From an uncultured Verrucomicrobiales bacterium (lineage in GTDB: Bacteria > Verrucomicrobiota > Verrucomicrobiia > Verrucomicrobiales > Akkermansiaceae), in the NCBI GenBank assembly GCA_937928545.1, contig CALGJQ010000029.1, forward strand, positions 1 through 64,000: a stretch of DNA of 64,000 bases, read 5' to 3'. The notes beneath the pieces were generated by a model. That model did no database searches and was not told where the DNA came from. It saw only the letters and a list, made by a program, of their open reading frames with translations. Shown here one piece after another: positions 49,300 to 58,426 of the stretch (position 1 is its first letter; each line of letters opens with the position of its first letter). The position numbers were made by a program, and so were the translations under genes.

Positions 49300-50622
49300 A
49301 TGAGCGCACAGCCTTTATCGTTGGATAGTGCTCACCGGAAAATAAACTCAATGGATGATCTGTTTGACTCGGAACCAAAGCTTCCCAATCCGAAGCGGAA
49401 GGGGAGCGTGTCAATTGGTGTTGGAGGGTGGTCTCGCTTTCATGCGGCGTTCTCGAGAGCGTTCGTAGAAGCGGCAATTGCTGATTTGTCTCAGAATTAC
49501 AAGAGCCCTCTAATATTTGATCCGTTTGTTGGTTCTGGGACGTCTATCGAAGCTGCTCGGAGCATGGGGCTTCCTATAGTTGCAAACGATTTGGACCCCG
49601 TCTCTGCGCTAATGTCTCGAGCAAAGGCTTCTAGTGATTATTCGCTTAGAACTATATTAGCCCTTCTTAAAAAGGGCCGTTCTAAGAAAATAAACGTCAA
49701 TTTTTCCGAAGCAGACCAATATTTCAGCCCTGAAAGTTGGGCCTACTGTTCAGACGTGGTAACGCGCTTGAGAAAGAAGGTAGGCAAATGTAGTAACTTG
49801 GTTTCTACTCTCGTCGAATCGACCCCGGGGAAATATGACAATGAGGTGCTAGCCCTAGCATCTATTTTGATGAGCGCATCAGTTGCTTGGAAGGGACGAG
49901 GTAGTTCCAATCCAACGTGGCATAAGAAAACCTCTGCGAATCCTACTGTGGAGTCGCTAGCCGATCTTACGACCGATGCCGCAACGAAAATAGTCTCTGA
50001 TTTATCTCAGGATTTCCCCGAAAAGTGTGTGCGAGGGACCAGAGTTTATATGAGGAATATTGCTGAGCCAATAGCATTGAAGACGAGGCCTCCAAATGTT
50101 GTTGTAACGTCTCCACCTTACCTAACTAGGATTGATTACATTAAGAATCATTTGCCGGAGGTTGTGATTCTAAATGCCTTTCAAGATTTTGAAATCCGAT
50201 CTCTAAGAGATCAAATGATTGGAACCCCGACAATTCCGAAGGGTGAGCGCTCAACGGGAAGTGGCTCAAAAAAGGCCGAGAAGATAATGAAGGAGATTGA
50301 GGGGCATGAGAGCTTCGGATCTGCCAACTACTACCTTCCTTTTTACAGAAATTACTTCGTCACTATGGAAAAGTTTTTACGAAGTTTAAAAGGGATGATT
50401 GCCGCAGATGCAAGCGGCTACATCGTTGTTCAGGAATCCCGCTACAAGGAGTTGATCGTAGATCTTCCTGCAATTGTTGTCGAACAACTGGAGTCTATAG
50501 GGGCTACGGCTTCTGTGCGTTCCGAATTTCCTGTGGGTTCATCTTATTCAAACCTAAACTCTAAATACCGGAATTCGAATAGTAGGAAATTGGTAGAGTC
50601 GGTGGTTAGCTTCAAATTTTAG
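49300..50622 (+). CDS. DNA methyltransferase (amino-MTase, alpha-class motif order)
   Basis: Motif I LIFDPFVGSGTS lies about 200 aa before motif IV VVTSPPY. Confidence 0.8.
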   Translation: MSAQPLSLDSAHRKINSMDDLFDSEPKLPNPKRKGSVSIGVGGWSRFHAAFSRAFVEAAIADLSQNYKSPLIFDPFVGSGTSIEAARSMGLPIVANDLDPVSALMSRAKASSDYSLRTILALLKKGRSKKINVNFSEADQYFSPESWAYCSDVVTRLRKKVGKCSNLVSTLVESTPGKYDNEVLALASILMSASVAWKGRGSSNPTWHKKTSANPTVESLADLTTDAATKIVSDLSQDFPEKCVRGTRVYMRNIAEPIALKTRPPNVVVTSPPYLTRIDYIKNHLPEVVILNAFQDFEIRSLRDQMIGTPTIPKGERSTGSGSKKAEKIMKEIEGHESFGSANYYLPFYRNYFVTMEKFLRSLKGMIAADASGYIVVQESRYKELIVDLPAIVVEQLESIGATASVRSEFPVGSSYSNLNSKYRNSNSRKLVESVVSFKF

Positions 50623-51614
50623 TAGTGCGTTGAATCAAAAATTGGTTCCCAGACTTCTTCCCAGTCATCGAGCCAATTGACGGCACAAAAGTCGTTGAAG
50701 CAACATTTCTCCTGTTTGAGCGGTTCAAGATTAGCCGCCTTATCTACGTCAAGTTTTGATCTGCATAGCGGAGAAGATCGTATGCACTGGCTTCTAGCGA
50801 GCATCCATTCGACGTAATTCACATGAGCGATACTGAGGTTAGAGAATTGAGCTACGCATCCAAGAGCTTGGGCTGTAGCTCTGCGAGCTTCCTCCACAAA
50901 GACTCTGCTGGGCTGATTTTTGTGGGACGTAAGCCTTTCAAGTGCCAGTTTGTGTTTAGGGAAGATCCTACCTGATCTCAGGTAAATTCTGATGATATGG
51001 TAATCTATCGCAGGCTTGATGTTCTCTGGATCAGTTATAGCGATATTACCATTCCTTACGAGTTCGTGAACAAGAACACACGATTTTTTTCTCAGTGGAT
51101 CAGCCTCAAATGCAGGGAACTCGTCGAGGTAGCTATATAAGCCTTTTGGGCCACTAAGACGTTTTTTTGACTTAGAAAGCAAGGATTGAAGGCTGCATTT
51201 AAATTTTGACTCCAAAATTTTAGCCGTTTCTTTGAGGATGCCAATTCTCTCGTTTGATCTTATTCTAGTCTCATCGATGCCCTCACCAAAAGGCTGCTCG
51301 AATTGTTCTGGCGTGATGTCTCTGACTAGGTTCGTTATTTGTGTTGCTGATTTACACCCCGCAAATAATTTGCTCATAGCGGATTCGAGTTCGTTCCAGT
51401 TATACTGGTGACATATCGAAATGAAGAAGAATTTCTCGGTTAAATCCCTGCCAGACCACGGAGAACCAAGCGATGGATTAGAGTCCTTTAGAAGAGTGAG
51501 CTTTTGGGCCGAAAGCTGGCAAGCAATCTCACTAACGCCGAACCAAGGGTCTGATTTAGGGTCTGGAAGAAGCCTCTCAGTTCTTGATGTGCCCGAGGCA
51601 TTTGGATTTTTCAT
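50619..51614 (-). CDS. DUF2419 / Qng1-like nucleotide N-glycosylase family protein
   Basis: ERIGILKETAKILESKFKCS and flanking blocks resemble the queuosine-5'-phosphate N-glycosylase (Qng1/C9orf64, DUF2419) family core ER-RIL-ETGKIL-EKFGGS. This is recognition by eye. Confidence 0.55.
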   Translation of the reverse strand: MKNPNASGTSRTERLLPDPKSDPWFGVSEIACQLSAQKLTLLKDSNPSLGSPWSGRDLTEKFFFISICHQYNWNELESAMSKLFAGCKSATQITNLVRDITPEQFEQPFGEGIDETRIRSNERIGILKETAKILESKFKCSLQSLLSKSKKRLSGPKGLYSYLDEFPAFEADPLRKKSCVLVHELVRNGNIAITDPENIKPAIDYHIIRIYLRSGRIFPKHKLALERLTSHKNQPSRVFVEEARRATAQALGCVAQFSNLSIAHVNYVEWMLARSQCIRSSPLCRSKLDVDKAANLEPLKQEKCCFNDFCAVNWLDDWEEVWEPIFDSTHY

Positions 51615-52155
51615 GGAGATACTTTTCCTGCTCAGGTGTCCGATTCATATCGAGGTGAGCTTGCTTGACGTTGAAGCCTTCCCTTTGTAGGGCTTCTATT
51701 TTGAGCGGGTTGTTGGATTCAATTCGAATGTCTTTTGGCGTATTCATACTTGCCAAAAGTTTTGCAGCAAAATCAAAATCTCTCTCATCTTTTGAGAAAC
51801 CTAATTCCTTAAAAGCGTCCGAAGTGTTGAGACCTTGCGCCTGTTGGAGGCCGATAGCCTCACATTTTTTAAGTAGTCCGATTCCTCGACCTTCCTCGAA
51901 AGAATAGATTAAAAGACCCGGGCTAGTTTTAAGTTCGTCGAGAAAAGATTCTAGCTGATGGCCACAATCGCAATCATCAGCACCGATAGCCTCGCTGAAC
52001 AAACAAGAGGAATGTATTCTAACCAAAACAGGGCCATCTCCAAAATTATCGTCCTTATAAACGATGGCATGACTTTCATCTGACAGGGGGACTCTTATCC
52101 AGTAGTCAAAGCCTTTGCGGGTGATTCGAATGGGCTCTGTAAGCTCTATACTCAT
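51577..52155 (-). CDS. GTP cyclohydrolase II (RibA-family) homolog
   Basis: VRIHSSCLFSEAIGADDCDCGHQLE (zinc Cys triad), EGRGIGLLKK, ERDFDF and SNNPLK align along the whole length with E. coli RibA motifs. Confidence 0.85.
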   Translation of the reverse strand: MSIELTEPIRITRKGFDYWIRVPLSDESHAIVYKDDNFGDGPVLVRIHSSCLFSEAIGADDCDCGHQLESFLDELKTSPGLLIYSFEEGRGIGLLKKCEAIGLQQAQGLNTSDAFKELGFSKDERDFDFAAKLLASMNTPKDIRIESNNPLKIEALQREGFNVKQAHLDMNRTPEQEKYLHEKSKCLGHIKN

Positions 52156-54512
52156 TAAAATTCTTTAGCTGGGAGATCACTTGGAGACTCTATGAGTCGA
52201 GTGATATAATTCTCAGGCCAGTCAATCTCATTGTCTGTATAGAATCGAGGGATTTTTGGTTTTTCGTTCATCGTCTCTATATATTTAACTGATGATACTG
52301 AAAATTCGTAATGCGCCCGTTCAAATGGTCGCTCGGTTCCCCATCGCGAGACAAGTAAGCTGATTTTATCGAGTGTCTCACGAGCTTCCGTTACATCGTT
52401 AGATCGAAGGCTAGCATCAGCCAATCCAAGACAGCTCCAGAAGAGGGAGTCTCTGTTAGTCAATTTTTCAGCGCACTCAATTGCCTTACCGTAAGATTGT
52501 CGAGCCTCGGTGTTTTTACCGAGATGACGAAAAACTTCTCCTTCGGCTAAATGGGAGTTACCAAGCTCTAGTCTAAGGTGATTTATCTTAGCTAATTTTT
52601 TTGCTTGGGTGGCAGAGCGTAGAGCCTCGTTTCTGCGCTCTGGAATAAAGCAGTATGTTCGAGCTTCTGTTCGATAGATGTCGCAATTTTCCTTGGGGCC
52701 AAATGCTTCAGGATCATTGTCACGAAGGGTGTGAATTTTTTCTATCCACAGAGATGCTTGAGAATAATGTCCTTTGGCTCTTTCAATAGTATTGAGGCAG
52801 CGGATAGCCCCCAGCCCCTCCTTCGTGGTTCTATGATTATCTTTAAGGATAGCCTCAGCAAATTTGGTGGCTCTTTCAAACTGACCTAACCGAACGAGGA
52901 TTTTTGTCTTTAGCAGGAGAATCTTATTTGAAATTGGGAGCTGCTCTACGATCTGGATCGCCTCCGAGTAATTGCCTCTAATGTAAAATGCATAAGCACG
53001 AATGGATTCGATTGAGGTGTGATAATTCTCTGTGGATCCAATAGCCTTTGTTAACCCAGTCTCGATTGATTTGAGCGACTCTAAACCGGCGTCAATTCGC
53101 CCGCCTCGCACTAATATATCTGCTGAAGCGATGAGCCTTTCCCAGTCCAACTGCTGATCTTGAATTGTCCACGCCGATAACGAATTTTCGAAGAATGAGA
53201 GTAAGCTTTCGTCGAATTTCCCCCTGATTTCAGGTTGATCGAGTATTTTTAAGATTTCAGCGGCTATTTCCACCTTTGCATGAAGAGTAGTAGCGCCAAA
53301 AATACTCTTTCCAATTAGGTCATGGTAAAGCCTTACTCCTCCAGAATTAGGATCAATTTTAACGATTAACTTTTCTTGAGCTTCAGCAAGTGCGCTGCTC
53401 AGCTCTACAGAGCTGTCGATTCTGGCCAATTTTAAGATGAATTCGTGCGGAAACCATCCGCCTGAAGGTAGCATGGCCAAGCCCCTAATTACTCTGATGG
53501 CAGCATCAGAGTCTAGGTTTTCAAAGTGGCTGGGATAGTCAGATGGCATGGATCCTAAGCACTGATGCGCTGTTGGGATTTGGTCAATACTTGGGGCGTT
53601 GTTAAGAAGCTGTTCAATTAGGAAAGGCCTTCCTTGCGTTTCATCCTGAAGGTCTTGGAGTTTCTCGTAAAGAGGAACCTTTCCAAAGATTTTGTGAAGC
53701 CATTCTTCGATTGCAGGAGCTTCCAAGGAGGGGACTAGGTGTTCCTCATAAGAGCCTTTAGAGTTTTGCTTTAGCTCTTTTACAAAGTAGCTAAACACCT
53801 CTCGGTCTTGAGTCTCGTCGTTCATCGACACAAATATCGACCAGCCATTAGGAAGCTGTGAAAGAACACCCAGAATTACCTGCTTCATGTCTTCCGAGCT
53901 TTTTTCAGCTGAGTCAATGCAGATCACCCCACTAAGACCGAGTCGTTCACAAAACTTAAGAAGTTCCTCAAACCGCACCAGCTTATCTTCGTGAGCCATG
54001 TTGACAATACTTGAAGCTTGAGTTGCTTGGTTAGTGTCCTTGTGGGTGGAATAGAGAACATTGAACAGAGCTTCTGCTGTTTTGGGAGTCAGAAGCCCTA
54101 GGTCCTCAATGAAACCATGGATGAGAGTTTCTGTATGGTCACTCGAATTGTCGTTAAGTGACTTTCTCATGGCCTCTAATTTGTCTTTCCGGATTTGGAG
54201 GTGTGGGCCAATAGCAGCACACACTGCGGCCATTAGTCTAATAGAGTGAACGGCTTTAGAGGAGACCTCAAATAGGCAGCTTATTTTCTCTTCGGGAGAA
54301 GATGCCATGACTTCCTCAAGGATAGCGGTTTTACCAACTCCTGAGCCCCCTGAGAGAATATAGATTTTTTTCTCTAGTGGATTTTCACAAAGATTCTCAA
54401 TCATTGAGCGTCTTCCGAAGAGAACGCGAGCTGGGATCGATTTTTCAGGGCTTGAAAGGATTTCGCCTTCGTTACTCTTACTTTTGAAAAATCTAGAAAC
54501 CCAATTGAGCAT
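52155..54512 (-). CDS. STAND-type P-loop NTPase with C-terminal TPR repeats
   Basis: Walker A LSGGSGVGKTAILEE about 50 aa from the N-terminus, a Walker-B-like GVICIDSAE, and about 300 aa of TPR-like repeats (AIQIVEQL..., KAIECAEKL...). There is no DNA-binding or fused effector domain. Confidence 0.75.
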   Translation of the reverse strand: MLNWVSRFFKSKSNEGEILSSPEKSIPARVLFGRRSMIENLCENPLEKKIYILSGGSGVGKTAILEEVMASSPEEKISCLFEVSSKAVHSIRLMAAVCAAIGPHLQIRKDKLEAMRKSLNDNSSDHTETLIHGFIEDLGLLTPKTAEALFNVLYSTHKDTNQATQASSIVNMAHEDKLVRFEELLKFCERLGLSGVICIDSAEKSSEDMKQVILGVLSQLPNGWSIFVSMNDETQDREVFSYFVKELKQNSKGSYEEHLVPSLEAPAIEEWLHKIFGKVPLYEKLQDLQDETQGRPFLIEQLLNNAPSIDQIPTAHQCLGSMPSDYPSHFENLDSDAAIRVIRGLAMLPSGGWFPHEFILKLARIDSSVELSSALAEAQEKLIVKIDPNSGGVRLYHDLIGKSIFGATTLHAKVEIAAEILKILDQPEIRGKFDESLLSFFENSLSAWTIQDQQLDWERLIASADILVRGGRIDAGLESLKSIETGLTKAIGSTENYHTSIESIRAYAFYIRGNYSEAIQIVEQLPISNKILLLKTKILVRLGQFERATKFAEAILKDNHRTTKEGLGAIRCLNTIERAKGHYSQASLWIEKIHTLRDNDPEAFGPKENCDIYRTEARTYCFIPERRNEALRSATQAKKLAKINHLRLELGNSHLAEGEVFRHLGKNTEARQSYGKAIECAEKLTNRDSLFWSCLGLADASLRSNDVTEARETLDKISLLVSRWGTERPFERAHYEFSVSSVKYIETMNEKPKIPRFYTDNEIDWPENYITRLIESPSDLPAKEF

Positions 54513-54591
54513 AATCTTGTAATGATTGACCCCTTTTAAAGGGTTGGGATTTGTAGCATCATTGTAATACGAGTTCTAGGTTTCATGTCGA

Positions 54592-56388
54592 TTAAATCGA
54601 CTTCGGAATGAGCGTTTTCTGTTCAGCGAGAAGAGTTATGGCTTGAATAGAGTCGCCGACGTGATCGATTTCTTCTTTAAGTCTAGCGAGACTATAGCCA
54701 TTTCCATAGCTACTGTGTGAACTCTTCTTGCTGCTAGATTCCACCCAGCCACCTAAGGCTTCCATTATGGGAACTGGAACTCCTGCGTCTCGGCCAGCTC
54801 TGGCAAATGAGTGTCGGAATGAATGAAGAGTCTTCTCCCTATTTTCTAGAGTTTGCCCCTCAAGGACCTGCCTTCGGAAGCGAGAGAACCATTTGCTCAC
54901 AGCGTCGGCCATAGAGCCCCGTTTTGTTTTTGTAAGAGTAGAGAAGACATAAACGTGATCAGCTTTTCTTTGGCCATCTATGAAAGCTAGAAATCCTGTT
55001 TTTAGAAACTGATCACTTAGAGGCAACCGTCGATTGCTGTGACTAGTCTTGAGTTGCTTCACCTTCAGGCCTTTATCGTTCACCTCACGGATATCAAGGA
55101 ACCAGACTCCTTCCTCTTGTTTGACGTCCTCAACGAGGAGTTGCGCGGCTTCGTTGGCCCTCATGCCGTGGAAAAAGCAAAGAAGAGGAATCCAAAATCG
55201 AGGGTAATTTTTTGGGTGATGGCGGCAGTCTAGGAATGACTGGAGAGAAAAGAGCTTTACCAGTTCATCTGACGGGAAAACTACGGACTCCTTGTTCGTG
55301 ACTTCAGGAAGGCGACTTGAGACAGCCCTTTTTGTAAATGGATTTGCGGTAATCCAGTCCAGTTCGTGAGCGTGGCGGAAGATTGATGAAAAACCTTGCA
55401 GGTGGTCTTGTTGGGTCTTCGGAGAAATGAAGCAAGGAAGGTTCCTTGCATCTTCTCTTATCGATGCTTCTTTTAGAGTAAGCTTGGGATAACGCTTTGT
55501 CCCGTTGTTTGGAATTTTACCAAGAAAGTCTGCCAGCTTCTGAGCCTCTTCAACTCCTACAGCTGAAACTGCGGTTGTGTCTCCAAGGAAGTCCTTGAGA
55601 ATACGGATTTGCATCTGGTATTTAGAGAGGGTGCCTGTGGTTACACCCATCACCTTCTTGTCTTGCTGGTATTTGGCGCATAGCTCGCCGATGGTGCGCG
55701 TTTTAGCAGGGCGCGCGTTTACTGATGAATGGGAATAGAGATCTCTAAAGAGCGGATTTTCGGGCTCTTTTGGTGCCGAATTCATCGCGATAAGAGTCCG
55801 GCGTCCGATCTCAATTTCAGCTTTGCGGATTTGGTGTGCAAAAATGATGATTTCCTCATCGGTTGCTTGAAAGCCGTCCTCTGCAATGATCGCAGCAGCT
55901 TTCTTCTCCCATACTGAAAGAGGGATAGAATCAAAGGAGCTGATGTCTGAGTGGTCGAGCCTAGCATCCCCTAAAGCCTCATTTTTCCAGAGATCATCAT
56001 CGGATGCTGTCCAATCGTCTCTGAAGCTTTCGGCTCCCTTTTCTCTACTTACGAACCATCGAAATACTAAATCGCGTTTTTGTTCCTCCGTGAGAACCTT
56101 GAAAGGGAGCTTCTCTGCGTTGTTACTCTCCTTAGTGCCTTTCCACTGCTGTTCTAGCTTCTCGACCTCTAATTGGAAGTGAAGGGCTTCTCTCGTTGCT
56201 ACTTGTTTAGCTTTTTTCCAGTCTTTGGTCTCAAGGCTCTTTCTGAAATGGCTTTTCCCTCCGGTTAGCTCAAGGGGAAGGTCACGCGGATAGCGGGCGT
56301 TGAAGTAGTAAACGCCATTTCGGCGGATCGTGTTTGGAATCTTAGGCACGTTGTCTGAGGCTTCTGGTGTGTCACCTTGGTATGCCAT
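54592..56388 (-). CDS. Tyrosine recombinase / phage-type integrase (element 1)
   Basis: C-terminal catalytic motifs FHGMRANEAAQL, HSFRHSFA and a GW...Y tail, with a long N-terminal extension. Confidence 0.85.
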   Translation of the reverse strand: MAYQGDTPEASDNVPKIPNTIRRNGVYYFNARYPRDLPLELTGGKSHFRKSLETKDWKKAKQVATREALHFQLEVEKLEQQWKGTKESNNAEKLPFKVLTEEQKRDLVFRWFVSREKGAESFRDDWTASDDDLWKNEALGDARLDHSDISSFDSIPLSVWEKKAAAIIAEDGFQATDEEIIIFAHQIRKAEIEIGRRTLIAMNSAPKEPENPLFRDLYSHSSVNARPAKTRTIGELCAKYQQDKKVMGVTTGTLSKYQMQIRILKDFLGDTTAVSAVGVEEAQKLADFLGKIPNNGTKRYPKLTLKEASIREDARNLPCFISPKTQQDHLQGFSSIFRHAHELDWITANPFTKRAVSSRLPEVTNKESVVFPSDELVKLFSLQSFLDCRHHPKNYPRFWIPLLCFFHGMRANEAAQLLVEDVKQEEGVWFLDIREVNDKGLKVKQLKTSHSNRRLPLSDQFLKTGFLAFIDGQRKADHVYVFSTLTKTKRGSMADAVSKWFSRFRRQVLEGQTLENREKTLHSFRHSFARAGRDAGVPVPIMEALGGWVESSSKKSSHSSYGNGYSLARLKEEIDHVGDSIQAITLLAEQKTLIPKSI

Positions 56389-56451
56389 TTGCAGACTTTA
56401 ACGCTTTGATTTACAATGTTTCCTCTAACTTTAAGTGAGTTAGAGGGAAGG

Positions 56452-56478
56452 TGGCGGAGAGGGAAGGACTTGAACTCT
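56452..56478. repeat. tRNA 3'-end-like att repeat, copy 2, at the junction between element 1 and element 2
   Basis: tggcggagagggaaggacttgaa. Its reverse complement, TTCAAGTCCTTCCCTCTCCGCCA, equals tRNA positions 54-76 (probably a Ser-type tRNA with a GGAGAGG acceptor stem and G73). Confidence 0.55.
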
Positions 56479-56596
56479 GGGTGCTATGAGCACTTATTTT
56501 CAAGGACTTACAAATCCTGTAAAACATGGGTGTGTATCACCCGCGCTTCGGGGGTGATTATTCAAGGTTGGAGACCTTGGGAAAAGCTTAAACGGG

Positions 56597-56610
56597 TAAA
56601 AATCTGACAA
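56597..56610 (+). promoter_or_regulatory. Conserved motif TAAAAATCTGACAA, 25 nt upstream of rep-like gene 2
   Basis: Identical to the 14-mer at 45748..45761. Confidence 0.5.
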
Positions 56611-56634
56611 ACGCCTTCACCCTGTGGCGGGTTC

Positions 56635-57984
56635 TTGCATCCTTGGGGCATGCTACAATCATACGATGATGCACCAACGCCAGAATCTGCCCGAATCGAC
56701 AGGGTGAAGCTTTCTGTAAAAGGCTGGCGGGTATCCTATCGGGACGATCAAGCCTTCGATGATTTCGTGTTTGCTCTAACAAGTCCCAGCGGGGTGCAAG
56801 CTGGGAGGCTCATTGATTCAGACAACAGCTTGGTTGAGGGGTTAGAAGACAGGGGGTGGATATTTAACAACCGAAAGAATCCCAGTCTGTCCCTCACAAC
56901 TCTGGACGTAAAGAGGCCCCGCTCTTCGGGGGTTCGAGGGCGGATGGTAGGAATGCCTCTATTTGGCGGCATAGTCCGCTTCTCACGGCAGAGAGGGGAA
57001 CTTAGCGGCAATCGTAGCGTTTCATCGATCACGCTTGAATTGAGCGTGAATCCGACGCGGTTTGCGGACCGCCACCCAACAGGGGGACCATTCTTCCCGT
57101 ATGTCCCAAGAGGTGTTTCCCGTAGCCGATATTCCTCGCTTGATGGAAATGACAATCTAATGAGGCCGCAAGCCTTGGTTCGATACGACGACGATGCCCT
57201 TTGGCACGATCTTCTAGATTTGTATCCAAGCATCGTGATTGAAGCGATCCAAGCCGAGATGGAGAGAGCCGCTGAGGTTTCAGAATGCCAATTTGTCGCC
57301 ACCGAAACTCGGTTTTCTATTCGAGATGTGGAGATATACTGGGAGAAGTCTTCAAATGACGCCATTCAAGAACTGCAAAGCTATATCCCTGCGCTTTCTC
57401 AAGTCGGGAGGGCTAGCAGGGTCCGTGAGTATCCAAGCAGTGAGACAAGCAGAGAAGCCAATTGTCCCTCGGTGTCTGTTAGTCTCGCTGAAGGTTTGAC
57501 TTTTCGCACGTATGCCAAGGCATTCGACAGACTGCGATTTGAATTTTCCTTCAATCTGAAAATGTTCCACCGTGCAGCGAGTAGCGCGGACTCATTGGCT
57601 GAGGTCAACAGCAGGTTTCATCAACTAGCGGAAGATGCATCTTCACGACTGGTTCACTTGATGGGAGCAATGAGGCAAACGGGGGAAAGATCAGAAGCCG
57701 CAACACTAAGGGGGTTTCTTCAAAAACTCCATTCCTCAGTGCATACCGCCGATGATGCGCATCAAATCCTCGCAATCCTAATTGAGTTTCGATGCCTCGC
57801 GAGACCTTCGAGAAAATTCGATGTGGTTGCGAGAAGGCTAAGAGATGAAGGGGTGTTGTGCCAAAGCCTTCCCCAAGGAGTAACGACGCCAAATCCTTAC
57901 ACTCTCACCCCCGAATATTTGGAACTTTTTAGGTCTGTTTTTCCACTTCCAACTGACTCCCCTAGCATCTCCCCGACTGTGTAA
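56635..57984 (+). CDS. Element-encoded protein, putative replication initiator (paralog 2)
   Basis: 449 aa, paralogous to 45788..47134. Confidence 0.6.
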   Translation: MHPWGMLQSYDDAPTPESARIDRVKLSVKGWRVSYRDDQAFDDFVFALTSPSGVQAGRLIDSDNSLVEGLEDRGWIFNNRKNPSLSLTTLDVKRPRSSGVRGRMVGMPLFGGIVRFSRQRGELSGNRSVSSITLELSVNPTRFADRHPTGGPFFPYVPRGVSRSRYSSLDGNDNLMRPQALVRYDDDALWHDLLDLYPSIVIEAIQAEMERAAEVSECQFVATETRFSIRDVEIYWEKSSNDAIQELQSYIPALSQVGRASRVREYPSSETSREANCPSVSVSLAEGLTFRTYAKAFDRLRFEFSFNLKMFHRAASSADSLAEVNSRFHQLAEDASSRLVHLMGAMRQTGERSEAATLRGFLQKLHSSVHTADDAHQILAILIEFRCLARPSRKFDVVARRLRDEGVLCQSLPQGVTTPNPYTLTPEYLELFRSVFPLPTDSPSISPTV

Positions 57985-58137
57985 GCAGCATTTAGAATTT
58001 CCTGTCTTAGCGTTACTCAGGCGGTAGGACTATGCCCCTAAAACCTTTTCAGCAAAGAGGAAAAAATTCAAGGTTCGTTTCACCGCAACTTGGTTTCGGG
58101 CCATGTTTTACGTAGGAAAAAAATCTGGTATCTTCGC

Positions 58138-58371
58138 TCAGTGTTGATCACTTGTGTTTGGTTGACGCTGCCGAGCGGATTCTCGCTGTAACATCCAATT
58201 TCTGAGGCCTTGTTCTCGCCTTCTCCTACTCTTCTCGATTTGTCTCCCAAACTCTTTCCAATCTTCGTCAGATTTGATCCCTCCCAAGAGGGCGGCGTCT
58301 CTTTCTCGACGATCTAAGTTTTTCGGCTCTTGCTCAGTCCGGCCACTTGAACACTCTTCTCCCATACTCAT
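58138..58371 (-). CDS. Small basic hypothetical protein (77 aa)
   Basis: ORF only; Arg/Glu-rich. Confidence 0.25.
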   Translation of the reverse strand: MSMGEECSSGRTEQEPKNLDRRERDAALLGGIKSDEDWKEFGRQIEKSRRRREQGLRNWMLQRESARQRQPNTSDQH

Positions 58372-58426
58372 GTTCGGACTATAACATTTTTAGGACGAGC
58401 TAGCCAGCGCACGGTGCCGAAAGAGG

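Noticed and set aside
56452-56580. Possible intact tRNA at the junction between element 1 and element 2
   Set aside because: Only the 3' 23 nt (T-loop to CCA) are tRNA-like. The upstream sequence cannot form T-stem, anticodon or D arms, so this is an att fragment and not a gene.
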